Below are positions 12,471 through 27,620 of a DNA stretch of 64,000 bases, piece by piece (positions within the stretch are counted from its first letter, which is position 1; every line of letters starts with the position of its first letter). The notes below the pieces were generated by a model. It did not search any database. It was not told the origin of the DNA and saw nothing but the letters and a program-made list of their open reading frames with translations. The DNA comes from Octopus sinensis. Lineage: Eukaryota. Position numbers and translations under genes: made by a program. The DNA is taken from assembly GCF_006345805.1 (NCBI RefSeq), contig NC_042998.1:54374001-54438000 (forward strand). The letters run 5' to 3'.

Positions 12471-13193
12471 TTTGAGTATTGTTATCACTAGCGATATCAA
12501 GATATAACTTTGTATTTTATGTGTAGATGTATATATATAGATGTACACATATATACATGCACTAGCACTATGACCCAGCATTGCCGGGTCATAATGCTAG
12601 TATATATGTATATATATACACATACACACATATCATCATCATCATTTAATGCCTGTTTTCTATACTGGCATGGGTTGGACAGTTTGAGAGGAGCTGAAGG
12701 ACTGTTCAAGCTCCATATCTGTTTTGGCAAGGTCTATATGCCTGGATGTCCTTCCTAACGCTAACCTCTTTACAGAGTGTACTGGGTGCTTTTACGCAGC
12801 ACCAGTACAGGTGCTTTTTACATGGCTCCAGCACCTATGAGTTTGCAAGATTAAGGATGCACAGCTGGAGAGGGTTGCAGGGGACAATCGAGCATCATAG
12901 AAGGAAGCTGGTTATCTGGTTTTAGCCAGAGGGTTGGTTACACAGTCAGTTGATAGTTTTTACTGATTTTTTATAAGGATACTATGGCTTCCAAGTAACT
13001 TCAGGGTTGTCTCTCTCCTGTAGCCAAATCTCTAGAAATGTATTTATTGGTCTGCAGAGGGCATCCTCAGTTTGTTGTTGGTGTTTTCACACCTACTACC
13101 TAACATGAAAAATTTTCCCATGGCAAGCCACAGTGAAAATAGCCTTTTCATTGGTCAAATATGTCACAAAACATATTTCAACTCATCTAATGT

Positions 13194-13229
<36 letters not shown>

Positions 13230-15942
13230 CCAAGACAAATGAAATAAATAAGGATATATCTACACAGTTATTACCATTCAATGCATCTAGCCATATCTTG
13301 GATTATACTCAAGTGCTTGTACACTACCTGCCTGGATCTATTATTCCTATCTATTCACTATATATTTATATGTGTGAGGGAGTGTGTTTACACACACACA
13401 CACACTCGTACATGCATATACATATGAAAATTTGCAGGCAGGAATACAAAAACAAAAATGCATCATTCCACTATGGGATTGGGTCAGAAAATTACATACT
13501 GTCTCAATACAGAACTTTCAGCAAGCAACAGGTTGAAGAATAGTTAGTTTATAAATAATAGTCACAGAAAAGCAGGGCAAAAAGAGACCAAAATATTTGA
13601 TAAAACAACATCATATTTACGAGTCAAAACAAGTCATGTTGAAAAATCAATATTTTTGATGTCAGAAATCAATATGATATGGTTAATTTAATCTGTTTAA
13701 GCCATGAAAACAAATTCCAACCACATGATGGTAAAGTTTGTTTTAAACATTTAGAGCATTAAGTGCACTTTTGACACTAAATGAAGAAAAAGCTAAATGA
13801 AAGTTTGTTACATCTTTTTAAAGACGCAACTCATGTCAGCATAGAACGGCAGATAAAATGATGATGGTGATGATGACATGTCAGAACAAAATAATCTCAT
13901 AGATTTACAGAGTTGAGTTTCTCATGAAGAAATAAAAAAAAATACAGGCCTGTTTATTTAACTGCACTGTGATTAAATATTTAGACCTTTAGATTACTAG
14001 CTTAAAGTTATCAAGTCTGAACTTTGATTGTGACTTTGAATTTCCATGGTGTGGTCATTCTAACAAAACAATGGGAAAAAACCCCAGAAAAAATGGGCAT
14101 TTTTCCCAGTTAATAGTTGAATGGTTGGCATCAGGAAATGAATTTATATGTTATGCAAAACAACTTGAGGTTCAACAACTTGTGCCAATATTGTAAATTG
14201 CAGAACAATCCAGCCTGTGTTGACCAATGAAATCAGGTGTAAAGACTTAGAAAAAAGATGAAAAAAGGTAAATTGTATATTTTTTTTATTGTGATTCTAA
14301 AATCAACAATGTATGTATTTTAACTAAGTATTTTACAAAAGAAAATAATAAATGCTACAACAAGCAATGCTTTCTACATAACTTTCAGAAAAGACAACCA
14401 AATAACTTTATTAGGACTAAGTTTTTGGCATTGATTGTTGAAGAACATATATAGTTTATAATACAACTAACTCAGAGAACTTAAAGCAACTAAATCTTAC
14501 CACAACAGCTCAACAATTTTCGTTGACAACTAGCAATGTGCTGTAGTAAATGAGATAATCACCATATACCTTATAAAGTAACGATGTATTTCAATCACCA
14601 AATTTCTCAATAATAAATTGATAGAGTGGTTCATTTTGGTACAAACTACTTCATCATTTTCTCAACATAAGAGCAGAGATCATTTTTGTTTTTCAATCTT
14701 GACATTATTTTGATAAATTTAATTCTTCCATGAATTTGTCTGCTTATCATACTTAAATACTACACAAATTTGCATTAGCCTACCACTACAACTTTCTTTA
14801 CAGGTGTTTTCATTCGGCATGTGTTTCATTCTCACCACACACAATACATTTTCAATCACATTAAACTAGCCACCAACTCACCTGCAACTAGTATTTCAGA
14901 TTCATTCATCATATTTAAATAGTAACACAATATCGTTCTGTTGTGTGATATGAAATATATCTTATGCATGTATGTGTAATATTTCAAATCTAATATTAAC
15001 CACAGTGCACATGTACTGGAGCATCAAGCAATAATAAAAAAAATGACAGCAGGAATGGCAGAAAACTCAAATCATTGAATAAAATTTTTAGAAAAATTTC
15101 TTGTCTATATAACAATTTATTCAGCAATTCCTTTGATTTTCTGGTGGATTCATGTGAGACAGCTTTACTATTTTATTGTTGTAACTGTTAACGCCTCTAT
15201 CACTACTACTACTATTACTACCACAGCTATCACTGTTCTTGCTATTTGTGCTCAAGAATGTACAGAATTCTTTAAGACAAGCAATATAGAAGAAGATGCA
15301 ATGTTATCATGGGAATCATTCCACTTGATTTTCACATTGCCCCTGGACAGCATGTATTACGTAGAAAACTGAAACAACAAGCATAAGGAAAATATAAAGT
15401 GAACTAAAATAAACTCCTTCAGTTAACTGTAAGCAGAAAAAAAATGGATAAATTTTTACAGCCAAAAATTATTTGATACTACTCCAGCTGGTTTCCAAGC
15501 TCAGGCAAAATAATCACATTATGATTGCAGCTTTCATATTTTTGTAACCAACATCACCATGACAAAGGAAGCTAAGAAAATTCATATTAATAAGCTATAT
15601 GTTTACAAATATCTACGAACATACTGCATCATATCATGTCCATAGTGATTGTATTAATGATCTGATGTCTGCCAATATTAAACAGTTTTTTTTTTTCCTG
15701 TCACTTATTGATAACTCATATGTAACAACTTTTCAGATTTTATTCATCTTTAGCAACTTCTAAAGCAAGATTGTAGTTTCAAACCAACACCTATCATTGA
15801 ATATAATGATGAAGGCACGCCGGATGCCTGTGTTATGGATTTATATCAGAATGATGTGTGTTAGAAATTGCTTTGAAACAGTGAACTCGTGCTAAATGAT
15901 ACAGTATAAGTACAAACAGTAGAACAGGTCAAGACTAATGCT

Positions 15943-16425
<483 letters not shown>

Positions 16426-16594
16426 TATATATGAATATGTTATCTAATATGATTTTTATTTAAAACACTGTGGTGTTATCTGAGGAATATTTGGTTGCTA
16501 TTTTTAGTAGTCTGAGCAATCGCAGAGGTTCTCTTGTTGGCTTGTGACCTTAATGCTTTTAGTATACAAATGCGTACCTTATGAAAACAAATTG

Positions 16595-16861
16595 AATGTA
16601 AACACACAAGCATTGGTTGTCAAGCAATGTTGGGAGGACAATCACAGACACACAAATATATACACATGCATACATATACACATATATATATATATATACG
16701 ACAGGCTTCTTTCAGTTTTCGTCTACCAAATCCACTCACAAGGCTTTGGTCGGCCCGAGGCTATAGTAGAAGACACTTGCCCAAGGTGCCACGCAGTGGG
16801 ACTGAACCCGGAACCATATGGTTGGTAAGCAAGCTATTTACCACACAGCCACTCCTACGTC
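16595..16861 (-). mobile_element. SINE family A, 5' two-thirds
   Basis: Near-identical to 16260-16425, ending at ccacacagccactcctacgtc. Confidence 0.85.
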
Positions 16862-17417
16862 TATCACTATGCTGATCACTATAATTCTTATTCTTCAATA
16901 TATTCCACTAAAAGCCTTTACAACATGGTCCAAATGATTCTAATGCTTCTCTTTGTAAAGTGGTTTCTATATTATTCAGATAAAGTGAATCTATTCTTTA
17001 AATTTTTCATTATTCTTTAGCAGAATGACAAAAATGAATTGTAAAAGTTTCAAATTTCCTTTTCTTAAGTCTATACTTAGAACAGTTGATGGAACTGAAG
17101 TACTTGTTCTTCAGACTAACAGATCTAGGGTGGTCATAGCTGGTAAACTGTGGCAACATGATTGTTGTATTAACTACACAAGAACAAAAAATGGGAAGCC
17201 TTAGCCATTACTGAAGGTGTGAGGAAGTAGAGACAGTTATTTGCTAAAAAACGTCATCAGTTATTGACTGGTCAACAAACTATTCCGTTCGTTTACAATA
17301 ACAAGAATTTATCAAAGGCTATACACAGTGTAAAAAAAATTAAAATTAAAAAAATTTTTTGCTTAATAAGTGCTATTTCTTCTTTGCTTCTATCTAGAAA
17401 TCAAAGAAAACACTCAT

Positions 17418-17720
17418 GCTACTCTGTCGGTTATGACAAGAGCCCTAGTTGATCCAATCAATGGAACAGCCTGTTCATGAAATTAATGTGCAAGTGGCTG
17501 AGCACTCCACAAACACGTGTACCATTAACGTAGTTCTTGGGGAAATTCAACATGACACAGAGTGTGACAAGGCTGGCCCTTTGAAATACCACCCCTTGCT
17601 GGAGCTTCATGGAGCTTTGGGTGTTTTCGCTCAATAAACACAATGCCCAGTCTGGGAATCGAAACTGCGATCCTATGACAGTGAGTCTGCTGCCCTAACC
17701 ACTGGGCCATTGTGCCTCCA
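17418..17720 (-). mobile_element. tRNA-derived SINE family E
   Basis: The reverse complement begins ggaggcacaatggcccagtggttagggcagcagactc...gtttcgattccc (A/B boxes). The same head occurs at 55655. Confidence 0.8.
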
Positions 17721-19974
17721 CAAAGAAAACACTACTATTCACTTTGAATTTTGCTTTTGTGACCTGGACATCAATGTTTTGAAACTTATCTATTTTCCAT
17801 TACATTTCAGACAGATTCAGTGCCAAGTTGCTGAAGCAGAAATATCATTATAGCAAATATTCTGCTCAATACCACAAATTTCCTTGTCATTTGCTTGACT
17901 TTAACCACTCGAACATGTCCCTTAGTAGCTGACAATATGTGTATCTCTGATCATGAGCAGGAGTAGTGAGGGAGCATCATAGCCATTTATTGAGTAGGAT
18001 TCTTAGGGGTTTGAATAAATGTAACAAAAGCAAAGTCTGAAGGAAATATTAGCCATTCTTCATACTTTCTAGGAGTAAGCAAATATGAAATAACAGTTGC
18101 TACTCAAGTACGAAATCATGTTACAAGTATAATAAACTGTTTATTCAAGCAACTATTAGAGTTGCCTGAATAAACTCATCTGAGAAGAGAAAATATTATT
18201 GTAGATACATTCTCCAGGATTTGTCTTGTCTCTAATTGTTCTCCATCTCAATTTCATAAACATCTTGTATCTAAAGTATTTATCATTATCTGAAATCGAA
18301 AATTTTATTCCCCAGTATGGATGATATGTATACCTTTAGCATTCACATTGAGTTAATTAATCATGTATTATCATGTAGCTTTGAGGTTTCAATGATGTAA
18401 TGTTTATTTTTAGCATAGGTGTAAGAGATAGATCTGGCTCATTTGAAAATAAAACAAGCAGAATATTTAGTTTAAATGCTAAAGGGTTAAAGAATAAATT
18501 TTTACCCAACATTTGCAAAACATGCTTCTCAGTAAGATTTGGTATTTGTCTTGGGAGGGCCATTACACTAATAATAAAAACCACACACACTGACTTAATT
18601 TCACTGACTTCCATAAGACCAATGGAATCACGTACAAATATATACATATATATATATCATTATTATCATCATCATTTAACATCCGTTTTCCATGCTAGCA
18701 TGGGTTGGACAGTTCAACCGGGGTCTGGGAAGCCAGGAGGCTGCACCAGGCTCCAGTCTGATCTGGCAGTGTTTCTACAGCTGGATGCCCTTCCTAACAC
18801 CAACCACTCCATGTTAATAAAATGTCACTGAACGTATAATATATATATATATATTGGTCATTAATAATAAGATCTTCATATTTACATTAGCACATCTGTG
18901 TCCAGACACCAGTGTTGCTACAGTATTATATATTATAGACTAAATTATATGTGGTAACTGGAAACTCAGTTTCCATGTATTGTGGCCAGGTATCTCAGTT
19001 TATATCTTTGGAAGTCTTAAATCCTCACTTTTATTTATTTTTTTTTTACCAAGCTGGGAATAAATCATAACTACTGTATGCTGCACAATCCTGATGGGAA
19101 TGCTAATGTGAGCAACATAATGGAACACTATCCAATTAGCCTTGAAGACTGCAAATCTCCATATCTCCAACTGAGAATTAGTTCTCACTGAAGCCTTACA
19201 TTCAGTGACATTTTATTAACAGTATCTAACTGCACACTAAGTAAGAAAAGTTTTCTCTTCTCAAGATGAATAACAAATGGTGAAACTAAACATGTTTGGA
19301 TAGTGCCTGGTAGAAGTGGGTTTTTCTGAGGTTCAAATTCCTTCCATTTTTTTTAAAGTTTTGTTTCTTTGTTTATTTTTTGAAAAATATCTTCACTGAC
19401 TGATTGGAAACAGATCTCTTAACTGAAGATGCTAAGGCAGTAAATACCAATCCATAGTATGACACTCTATTAGATTGAATAGAGGAGAAGATATTGTAAA
19501 TTATATAGAGCTTCTATGTTGCTCTACGAAAACTCAGAATGCTGATAAATTACTAGTGAACTAAATAAAATGAGTCTTGGGAGGGCCATTGCACCAATAA
19601 TAAAAACCACACACACTGACTTAATTTCACTATTTCACTTGTTTATTATGAGTCTAGTTATCTAACCAGTTAACAAATCAATTCATTGTTTAATCACTCA
19701 GTTAATCAATCAATAAGCTGTTTGTCAAAGTCCTTTCATCACCTTTTGTGACCACATTAATATCAACCCCTATCTACTTAAGGTTAGTTACAAAACTGTC
19801 TGTCAGCCAAGAATCTATTTCTACACCCAAGTTCATCAAGAATCTTGCAAACCAAATGCAAACACTTAAAATGTGAAGATGTCAATAAATTTTCTGATCA
19901 ATGTACTTGTTAATAATCCTTATAGTAATACCAATGATAGATCGCATTCCAACATCTGATAATATTTTAGGTAA

Positions 19975-20415
19975 AAAAAAGGTGGTTAGATGGCAGAATC
20001 TTTTTAGAAAGTCAGGCAAAATGCTTAACAGCATTTCATCCATCTTCATGTTCTGAGTTCAAATTCCATAGAGGTTGACTTTGCCTTTCATCCTTTCCAG
20101 ATTGTTAAAATAAATACCAGTTGAGCACTGGGGTCAATGAAAGTGACTTATTTGCTCCTCAAAATTTGATGGCCTTGTGTCAAAATTTGAAGCCATAATT
20201 AAGACAGTGAGCTGGCAGAATCATTAGCATACTGTGTAATATGCTTGGTGGCACTTCGACCATCTTTATGTTCTGAGTTCAAATTCCACTGAGGCTGACT
20301 TTGCCTTTCATCCTTTCAGATTTGATAAAACAAGTACCAGTTGAGCACTGGGGATGATGTAATTGAGTTACCTGCTCCCCAAAATTACTAGCCTTGTGCC
20401 AAAATTTGAGACTAA
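19975..20415 (+). mobile_element. Two tandem SINE family C copies
   Basis: Each copy has gttctgagttcaaattcc...gactttgcctttcatcctttc...taccagttgagcactgggg. Confidence 0.8.
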
Positions 20416-21565
20416 TACTTTAGGTAGAAGCAAATATCATGATGAGGCATGCATCAATACATGAAAAATCAAACTTATGGAAAATCACTGGCGAGGAGAT
20501 GAATTGTTGCCATCTCTAACAATTGAGGGTCCATCATTGATGAAACCAAGAAAAGTTGAAATCATGTGATCTGATGGTCTCATCACTGGAGATATAAACA
20601 AGTGTGCATTTTGCACCAAAAGCCCATATGAGAGTTACCCACTCCCCAAAGTTACTGGCCTTGTGCCAAAATTTGAAACCAATATTCTAAGTACAAGCAA
20701 ATATGATGATGGGGGACAAACACAAAGATGCACACACGTACATACATACATAAATACATATATACACATACACACATATATATAAACAGATTTCTTTCAA
20801 TTTGTCTACCAAGTCCACTTGCAAGGCTTTGATTAGCCTAAGGCCATAGTAGAAGACACTTGAACCCAGAACCATGTGGTTGGGAAGCAAGCTTCTTACC
20901 ACATAGCCACACCTGAGCCTATATGGCAAAAACAAATAATAATCTAATAAAGAATACAGAATATTACATTCTCTTTACTTGTAGAAATGCATCAAAGTCC
21001 TCCACTCCATTCCCTTCCTTTCAGAAAAATCAAAGCTCATAATTGTTAAAGTCTGAAGATTCAAAGAAGAAACTGAGTTTATTCTCATCATTAAATGCTG
21101 CAAGAATTGAAGAAAAATCAAACAATCAAGATAATTTTAGACGTGTGTTGTTTCGTAAATGAATGATCTGCAACATTTTAAAATAGAAATTTACAAATCC
21201 TGCTCCTTCTTGGTGCTTTCTGCTTTTCCTATTAGCATTTTACTTTTGATGCTAATGACCAGCAGCTTGTTATTTCTTTTGATGTAAAGCAGACACAATT
21301 AAAATATAATCAAAGTGTATAGAGTCAATTCATGAGTTATAAATACACACACACACACACATCTGTATGTACATACACACAAACACATCATTATTACTTT
21401 TAAAGATTATCTTTCCCATGCTGAGGCATAGCTGTGTGGTTAAAGACCTTGCTTCCCAACCATGTGATCTTGGATTCAGTCCCACAGCAGGGTGGCTTAG
21501 GCAGTCATCAGCTATAAACCAAGGCTGACCAAATCTTTGAGTCTGCTTTTAGTAGACTGAAGACC

Positions 21566-21610
<45 letters not shown>

Positions 21611-21781
21611 TATATATATATATATATAAATATATATATATATAATCATCATCATTTAATTTCTGCTTTCCATGCTGGCATGGGTTGGATGGTTTGATAA
21701 CAGCTGGCTAGGTAGATGACTGCACTATGCTGTGCTGTCTGTCTTGGCATGGATGCCCTTCCTAACACCAACCACTTTACT

Positions 21782-21816
<35 letters not shown>

Positions 21817-21819
<3 letters not shown>

Positions 21820-22250
21820 GGTCTCCCAAAAGTTATTGACGGGCTTCAATTTTTTGTAACTTCCTTAATACATGCATGGAGATTTGATACAATATAAAGG
21901 ACATAATGGAAATTAATATGCATGATTCAAATTTTGCAGCACCACTGCATCATATATGAAAAGTGACGTCACTTAAAAGGCAGCCCCGTTTGGCTTCACA
22001 CACCCATGCTCTTTCCAAAACTTGCATCATAACACCCTCAAGAGTTTTATACCCCACTTCTCTGAATTTGGAGGGGACAGGTGGAGGAGGAGATTGGGAG
22101 GGTTGGCTTGAGAAGGGAGGATGCCCCAAACTGGACAAGATGGTGAGATGGTGTGAGGGCAGTTGCTATTGCATTGAGGTAGATCTGGCCACCCCGATTA
22201 ACGTGGACAAAATCCAGATTCAAAAGGATGGATGATGATGGCAATGTTGA
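21817..22250 (-). mobile_element. Degraded Tc1/mariner-superfamily remnant (one TIR plus transposase C-terminal trace)
   Basis: TA|CAGGGTCTCCCAAAAGT terminus. The minus-strand peptide PSSSILLNLDF resembles the WPxxSPDLNPLDF motif. Confidence 0.4.
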
Positions 22251-23679
22251 TCACAGTAATGAATTATGGCTATTGTACAGAATACATCAATAGAGTCATT
22301 GTTGAGCTGCAAATTAGGATGAATCAAATAAAAATATGTTTCAGCCTTGAACATTCTTTATGTATATCCATGACTGTATTAATTAATTATATACTCTTTT
22401 TTTTTTAAGATGAGGGAGATCTAGCTGCTCTTTCTAAACAGGATGAATGACCACATAGAGTTGCATTGCTGGTTTATAACAGCACAGTATTGTAATATAG
22501 TGTGACTACACAGTAGAGTTTACCATTCCAGAAAGAGTATAAAAACACCTCGTTTCCTTTCATGTTACAATTAAAAAAGAGAAAGTAAAGAAAACATACT
22601 CTAAACATTGATTAATACACAATGTATGTTATTTCTCTCCATGTAATACAACCACCCAGAGCTATCACAAATATGAATTCAATAATCAATAAACGCCTTC
22701 TTTTTTTTTTAAGATATCAGAGTAAATAGAATTTCATCAATTGAATTCAGCAATAACTAGGAAAATCAGATAGAAATAGTAGCAAGTACAACTCTACTTT
22801 GTAGGTGATAATATATTTTTACATCATTCTAGCTTGACATACTGGGATAAAAACATTACTTGAGTGGGTGGTACCTTAGCATGCAGTCTACTACAGCATC
22901 TATAGTCTACACTATGAAGTGACCTGAGCTGGGTTAGGATTAGGGCAGGATTTTAGAGCCATGGTTTAAGGTTAGCATTAGGATTTAGATTTAGAGTTTA
23001 CAAGTAGGGTTAGGATTTAAAGAGAGACTGCACACTAAACTTAAAATGGTCAGAAAGACTACAGGCTAAAGTAGCATCCTTGAGGGTTCCTACATCCTTT
23101 TATATATCAGGCAGTGTCAAAAAGTTTTGGGATTAGCTATGTTTAATAAAAAATAACTTATTTATCTAAGTTTTAACATCGTCTCCTTCAAAACAGTCAC
23201 CTTGCACAACAATACACTAGTCCCAGGATTCCTGCCACTTTTAGAATCCAGCCAGAAGTTGTCTTCCATGTGTGTATACCTTTGTGTATGTGTTTGTTCC
23301 CCACCACAATTTGACAACTGGTGTTGGTGTGTTTACATCACTATAACTTAGTGGTTCGGCAAAAGATACCAATGGAATAAGTACCAGGCTTAACAAATAA
23401 ATAAATACTGGGCTTGATTCACTTGACTAAAAAGTTGTTGAAGGCTGTGCCCCAGCATGGCCACAGTCTAATGACTGAAGCAAGTAAAAGATAAAAGATT
23501 TACACTGTTTTTATAATTTGTCTTTTTAAAAATTTTTGTACCATTATAAATTATAAGTGCAAATTTTTGTGTGATTGTTATATCATTTATCTTTTATTTT
23601 TTTAGTTCTTTCACTCATTAGACTATGATCATACTGAGGCAACCCCAATATTTATCTTTTAAAGTTTAATACTTATTTT

Positions 23680-24016
23680 GAAGGTGCGTGGCTCAGTGGT
23701 TGGAGTATTGGGCTCACAATCACAAGGTAGTGAGTTTGATTCCCAAACCGGGCTGTTTATTGTGTTCTTGAGCAAGATACTTTATTTCTCATTGCTCCAA
23801 TCCACTCAGCTGCAGAAATGAGTTGTAACATCACTGGTGCCAAGCTGTATCAGCATTTGCCTTTCCCTTGGATAACATCAGTGGCATGGAGAGGGGAAGC
23901 TGGAATGCATGGGTGACTGCTGGCCTTCCATAAACAACCTTACTTGGATTTGTGCCCTGGAGGAAAAACTTTCTAGGTGCAATCTTATGGTCGTTCATGA
24001 TCAAAGGGGGTCTTTT
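23680..24016 (+). mobile_element. tRNA-derived SINE family D
   Basis: gaaggtgcgtggctcagtggttgg...gtttgattccc...tcaaagggggtcttttt; paralog of 7763-8096. Confidence 0.85.
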
Positions 24017-25942
24017 TACTTTTACTTTATTCTATCTATTGGTCTTTTCTGCTGAACAACTAAGTAATACAGGAAGATAAGGAATATAAGTATCATTGTG
24101 GGTATGTGAATATGTGTATGATGCACTAGCATTATTGGTCAATGCTAACTGTCTCCCATCATCAATGTTGACGACCAAGTATATACTTTCATATGTCCTG
24201 CCACTCTTGAGGGAGAAGTATACATCTGGCCACACATTAACTCGGGCACCATCCAACTTCTCTTTCAAAAATATATGGAGACCCTTCAGCTTTTCAAAAA
24301 ACAGAGGTAGGCCACTTTCCTTCTTGTTTATACCTTATTAAATTTCTTAGATCATAAAATACTCTCTTTGGGATTACACCCTTCCCAAGCATTTTTCTTT
24401 TCTTTTCCTTTTATTTTCAATATGGAGCTCACTCATATTTTCTACTTCTTTTTGACTCATTGTACTAGTGAAAGAAAATATCAAATATCAAATGATATTG
24501 CTATGAGTGCATTTGTTATCATCATTTAAGTTTGCATATTCACACTCATTTTTTGTTGTGTTTTTGTTCTCAGTTTCTGTGTTTATAGATGGACGTGTTT
24601 ACTGTAATATATATTTTTTTTTATACTTGTCCTTATGTTAGCAAAATGTTTTTGAAGGGGCACAACTTTTACTGCTATATTGTGGCTAACACCTCCTTCT
24701 TTTATTGCAGAGTGAAGCCATAATGAACCACAAATAAACAAAGCAAATGGGCATTTGTAGAAATATACATATATAATCTATAAAATTCGGGTGGATGTTA
24801 AAATATTCCGAAACTCTTAGCTGGCAAAATGTGTACGTACGCATCCCAACCCCACACAAAGAAAAATTCCATAAAGTAATGTTGGAAGAAATTGCCTTCT
24901 GAGTAGAGCTCTATAAACATGTGAGTCAATGGTTAACAGCAACAATAACAACAACAATAACAACTAAGTGTTGCACACATATTACATGTTATATATTCAA
25001 TTCAATAGAAAAACAACAGAAAAAAATATAAGCTGCATGTATGAAAGATATTATATAGAGTTATGCATGGTTTTTGCCATGAAAGCATGCAATAAAAGCA
25101 AAACTGTTCAAATAATATTAATGATGATAATGATGATGATGGTGGAGGTGATATAAGAGAAAAGAAAGCAATGAAAAGAAACCACCACCACTGCCTCCAC
25201 CACTCTCACCAACGCCACCACCATCACTACCATATAATTTTATTTAAGGTTTACTTCACGTGCCTGAAATGGCTTGACAGGTCAGTTCCCTCATATTAAC
25301 AATAAGGGCAAGGTAATATTATATAAATCAGAAATTCCATAGCAGGGGAGGAAAAGCTGAAAGTCTTCCATATATTATATGATATTTGCATATCTATGAA
25401 GTCACGGAAAACCATTTTGCAGTGTAGCGATAAATCTGACCACTGGCTGTCACAAATCAATTGTATTAATAGGTTATGCCGTGGTATTTTGGCGAGAGAG
25501 AGAGAAAGAAAGAGGCTGCATGGATTGTCTCCACATCAATCTAGAGAATAAATGATGAGCCAACGAAGGTAACAATCTATAGTGGTTACTTGACCTATAA
25601 TAAACAGCAGTTAAATTTCCTTTAAAATGAATTCTACTTACTTTTATAAAATGGATGGACACAGGTCTTAGATGCGTTTATCAACATCATTTTAATGTCC
25701 ATTATATTTTTCAATGCTTGCATGGTTTGGCTGAAGTTTAATGAAGCAGATTTTTCTATGGCTGGATGTGCTTTCCTTTTGCCAACCCTGACCTGTTCCT
25801 AAGCAAGGTAATATTTCCCCATAACCAGACATGTTTTTGAAGACTACTGGAAATGAATGACACTGCTTGAATGACAATGGTATATATTTTACAACTGTCA
25901 TAAACGTACACACATATGTAAATAAATAGACATACACACACA

Positions 25943-26009
<67 letters not shown>

Positions 26010-26034
26010 ATGGACTTTCACAAAAATAGAAATT

Positions 26035-26470
26035 GTAGTTGTGGGTAATGCCAGTGCCGCCTGACGGGCTCTCGTGCTGGTGGCTCACAATAAGCACCAT
26101 TCATGTGTGGGTCATTGCCAGTGATGCCTGATTGGCTCCCCGTGCCACTGGCACATAAAACGCACCATCCGAACATGGTCGATGCCAGCCCTCCAACTCC
26201 CTACCCCGACTGGCTTCTGTGCTGGTAGCACATAAAAAACACCATCTGAACGTGGCCGATGCCAGTGCCGCCTGACTGGCTCCCGTGCCAGTGGCACATA
26301 AAAAGCACCCACTACACTCTCGGAGTGGTTGGCGTTAAGGGCATTGAGCTGTAAAAACATTGCCAGATCAGATTGGTTCCTGGAGCAGCCTCCTGGCTTG
26401 CCAGTCCCCAATCAAACTGTCTAACCCATGCCAGTATGGAAAATAGACATTAAATGATGATGATGATGAT
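26035..26470 (+). mobile_element. RTE 3'-UTR-type short element with ~60-bp subrepeats and (GAT)n tail
   Basis: Repeated gtggcacataaaaa.caccatc.gaac.tgg units end in ccatgccagtatggaaaatagacattaaatgatgatg. Confidence 0.8.
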
Positions 26471-27026
26471 AATAAATCCACTCACAAGACTTTTGGTCAG
26501 CCTAGGGCTGTAACATACACAAGAGAGAGAGAGAGAGAGAGAGAGGGCCAGAGAACGCCTTTCATCTCAGAGTCTGTTTGATATCAGGGCTGATTTGGGG
26601 TTAAACAACTGAGAAAATAGGTCGCAATTCATTAAGTACTCACTGCTAAGTACTGAACAGAGATAGAATAATTCTGCATCCATTCTCCCACTTGGATTTT
26701 ATACTAGAAAGGTGCTTGAATTAGTTTCAGCTAATGATAGTAATAGTTGAATTGCAACCCAGGCATAAGTTTTCCAAGCCACTAACTTATGATATCAATT
26801 GATCAAGTATTGATTGAGATATAGCATTTTGAAAATATAGAATGACTGGGATATATAGTTACAAGCAATAAAAATTGAGCAGATCGCCACTAATCTGTCA
26901 ACTAGATTTGATGGCTAACAAAGTACAGATTGTCTAACCAATTATTTGATTATTTGAATGGATAAGGCAGCAAGGTGGCAAAACTGTGAGCATGCCAGGC
27001 AAAACGTTTAGCAGTATCTCATCCAT

Positions 27027-27421
27027 ACTCTTTTACTTGTTTCAGTGATTTGACTGTGGCCATGCTGGAGCACCACCTTTTAGTTGAGCAAATCGACCCC
27101 AGGACTTATTCTTTGTAAGCCTAGTACTTATTCTATTGGTCTCTTTTGCTGAACCACTAAGTTACGGGGACTTAAACACACCAGCATCGGTTGTCAAGCG
27201 TTGTTGGGGGGACAAACACAGACACACAAACATATACACACACCCATGCACATATATACAACCGGCTTCTTCCAGTCTCCGTCTACCAAATCCACTCACA
27301 AAGCTTTGGTCGGCCCGAGGCTATAGTAGAAGACACATTCCCAAGGTGCTACACAGTGGGACTGAACCCAGAACCATGTGGTTGACAAGCAAGCTACTTA
27401 CCACACAGCCACTCCTACGCC
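27027..27421 (-). mobile_element. SINE family A, full-length, nested inside a family C copy (26965-27570)
   Basis: Complete family A copy. The family C head lies to the left and the family C body resumes to the right. Confidence 0.85.
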
Positions 27422-27620
27422 TATTTTATGGCTTGAGTTTAAATTCTGCTGAGGTCAACTTTGCCATTCCTCTTTTGAGGATTAATGAAATAGGTATCAG
27501 TCATTGGGGTTGATGTAATCAACTAACCAGACTCCTGCTAAATTACAGGCCTTGTGCCTATAGTAGGAAGGATTGTTTGGATGTAGCCTCAGGTGAAACT
27601 TCAGCCAGAATTTCCCAACT

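Noticed and set aside
19050-19190. Open frames with splice-like signals on both strands
   Set aside because: Neither peptide resembles KATNIP or any family I recognise, and 40-45 codon frames are expected by chance.
22930-23020. Telomere-like TTAGG(G) variants
   Set aside because: Short and highly degenerate, with traces of flanking inverted repeats. More likely the core of an old MITE than an interstitial telomere.
24032-24341. Overlapping 78-81 aa ORFs on both strands
   Set aside because: No recognisable domain or splice structure.
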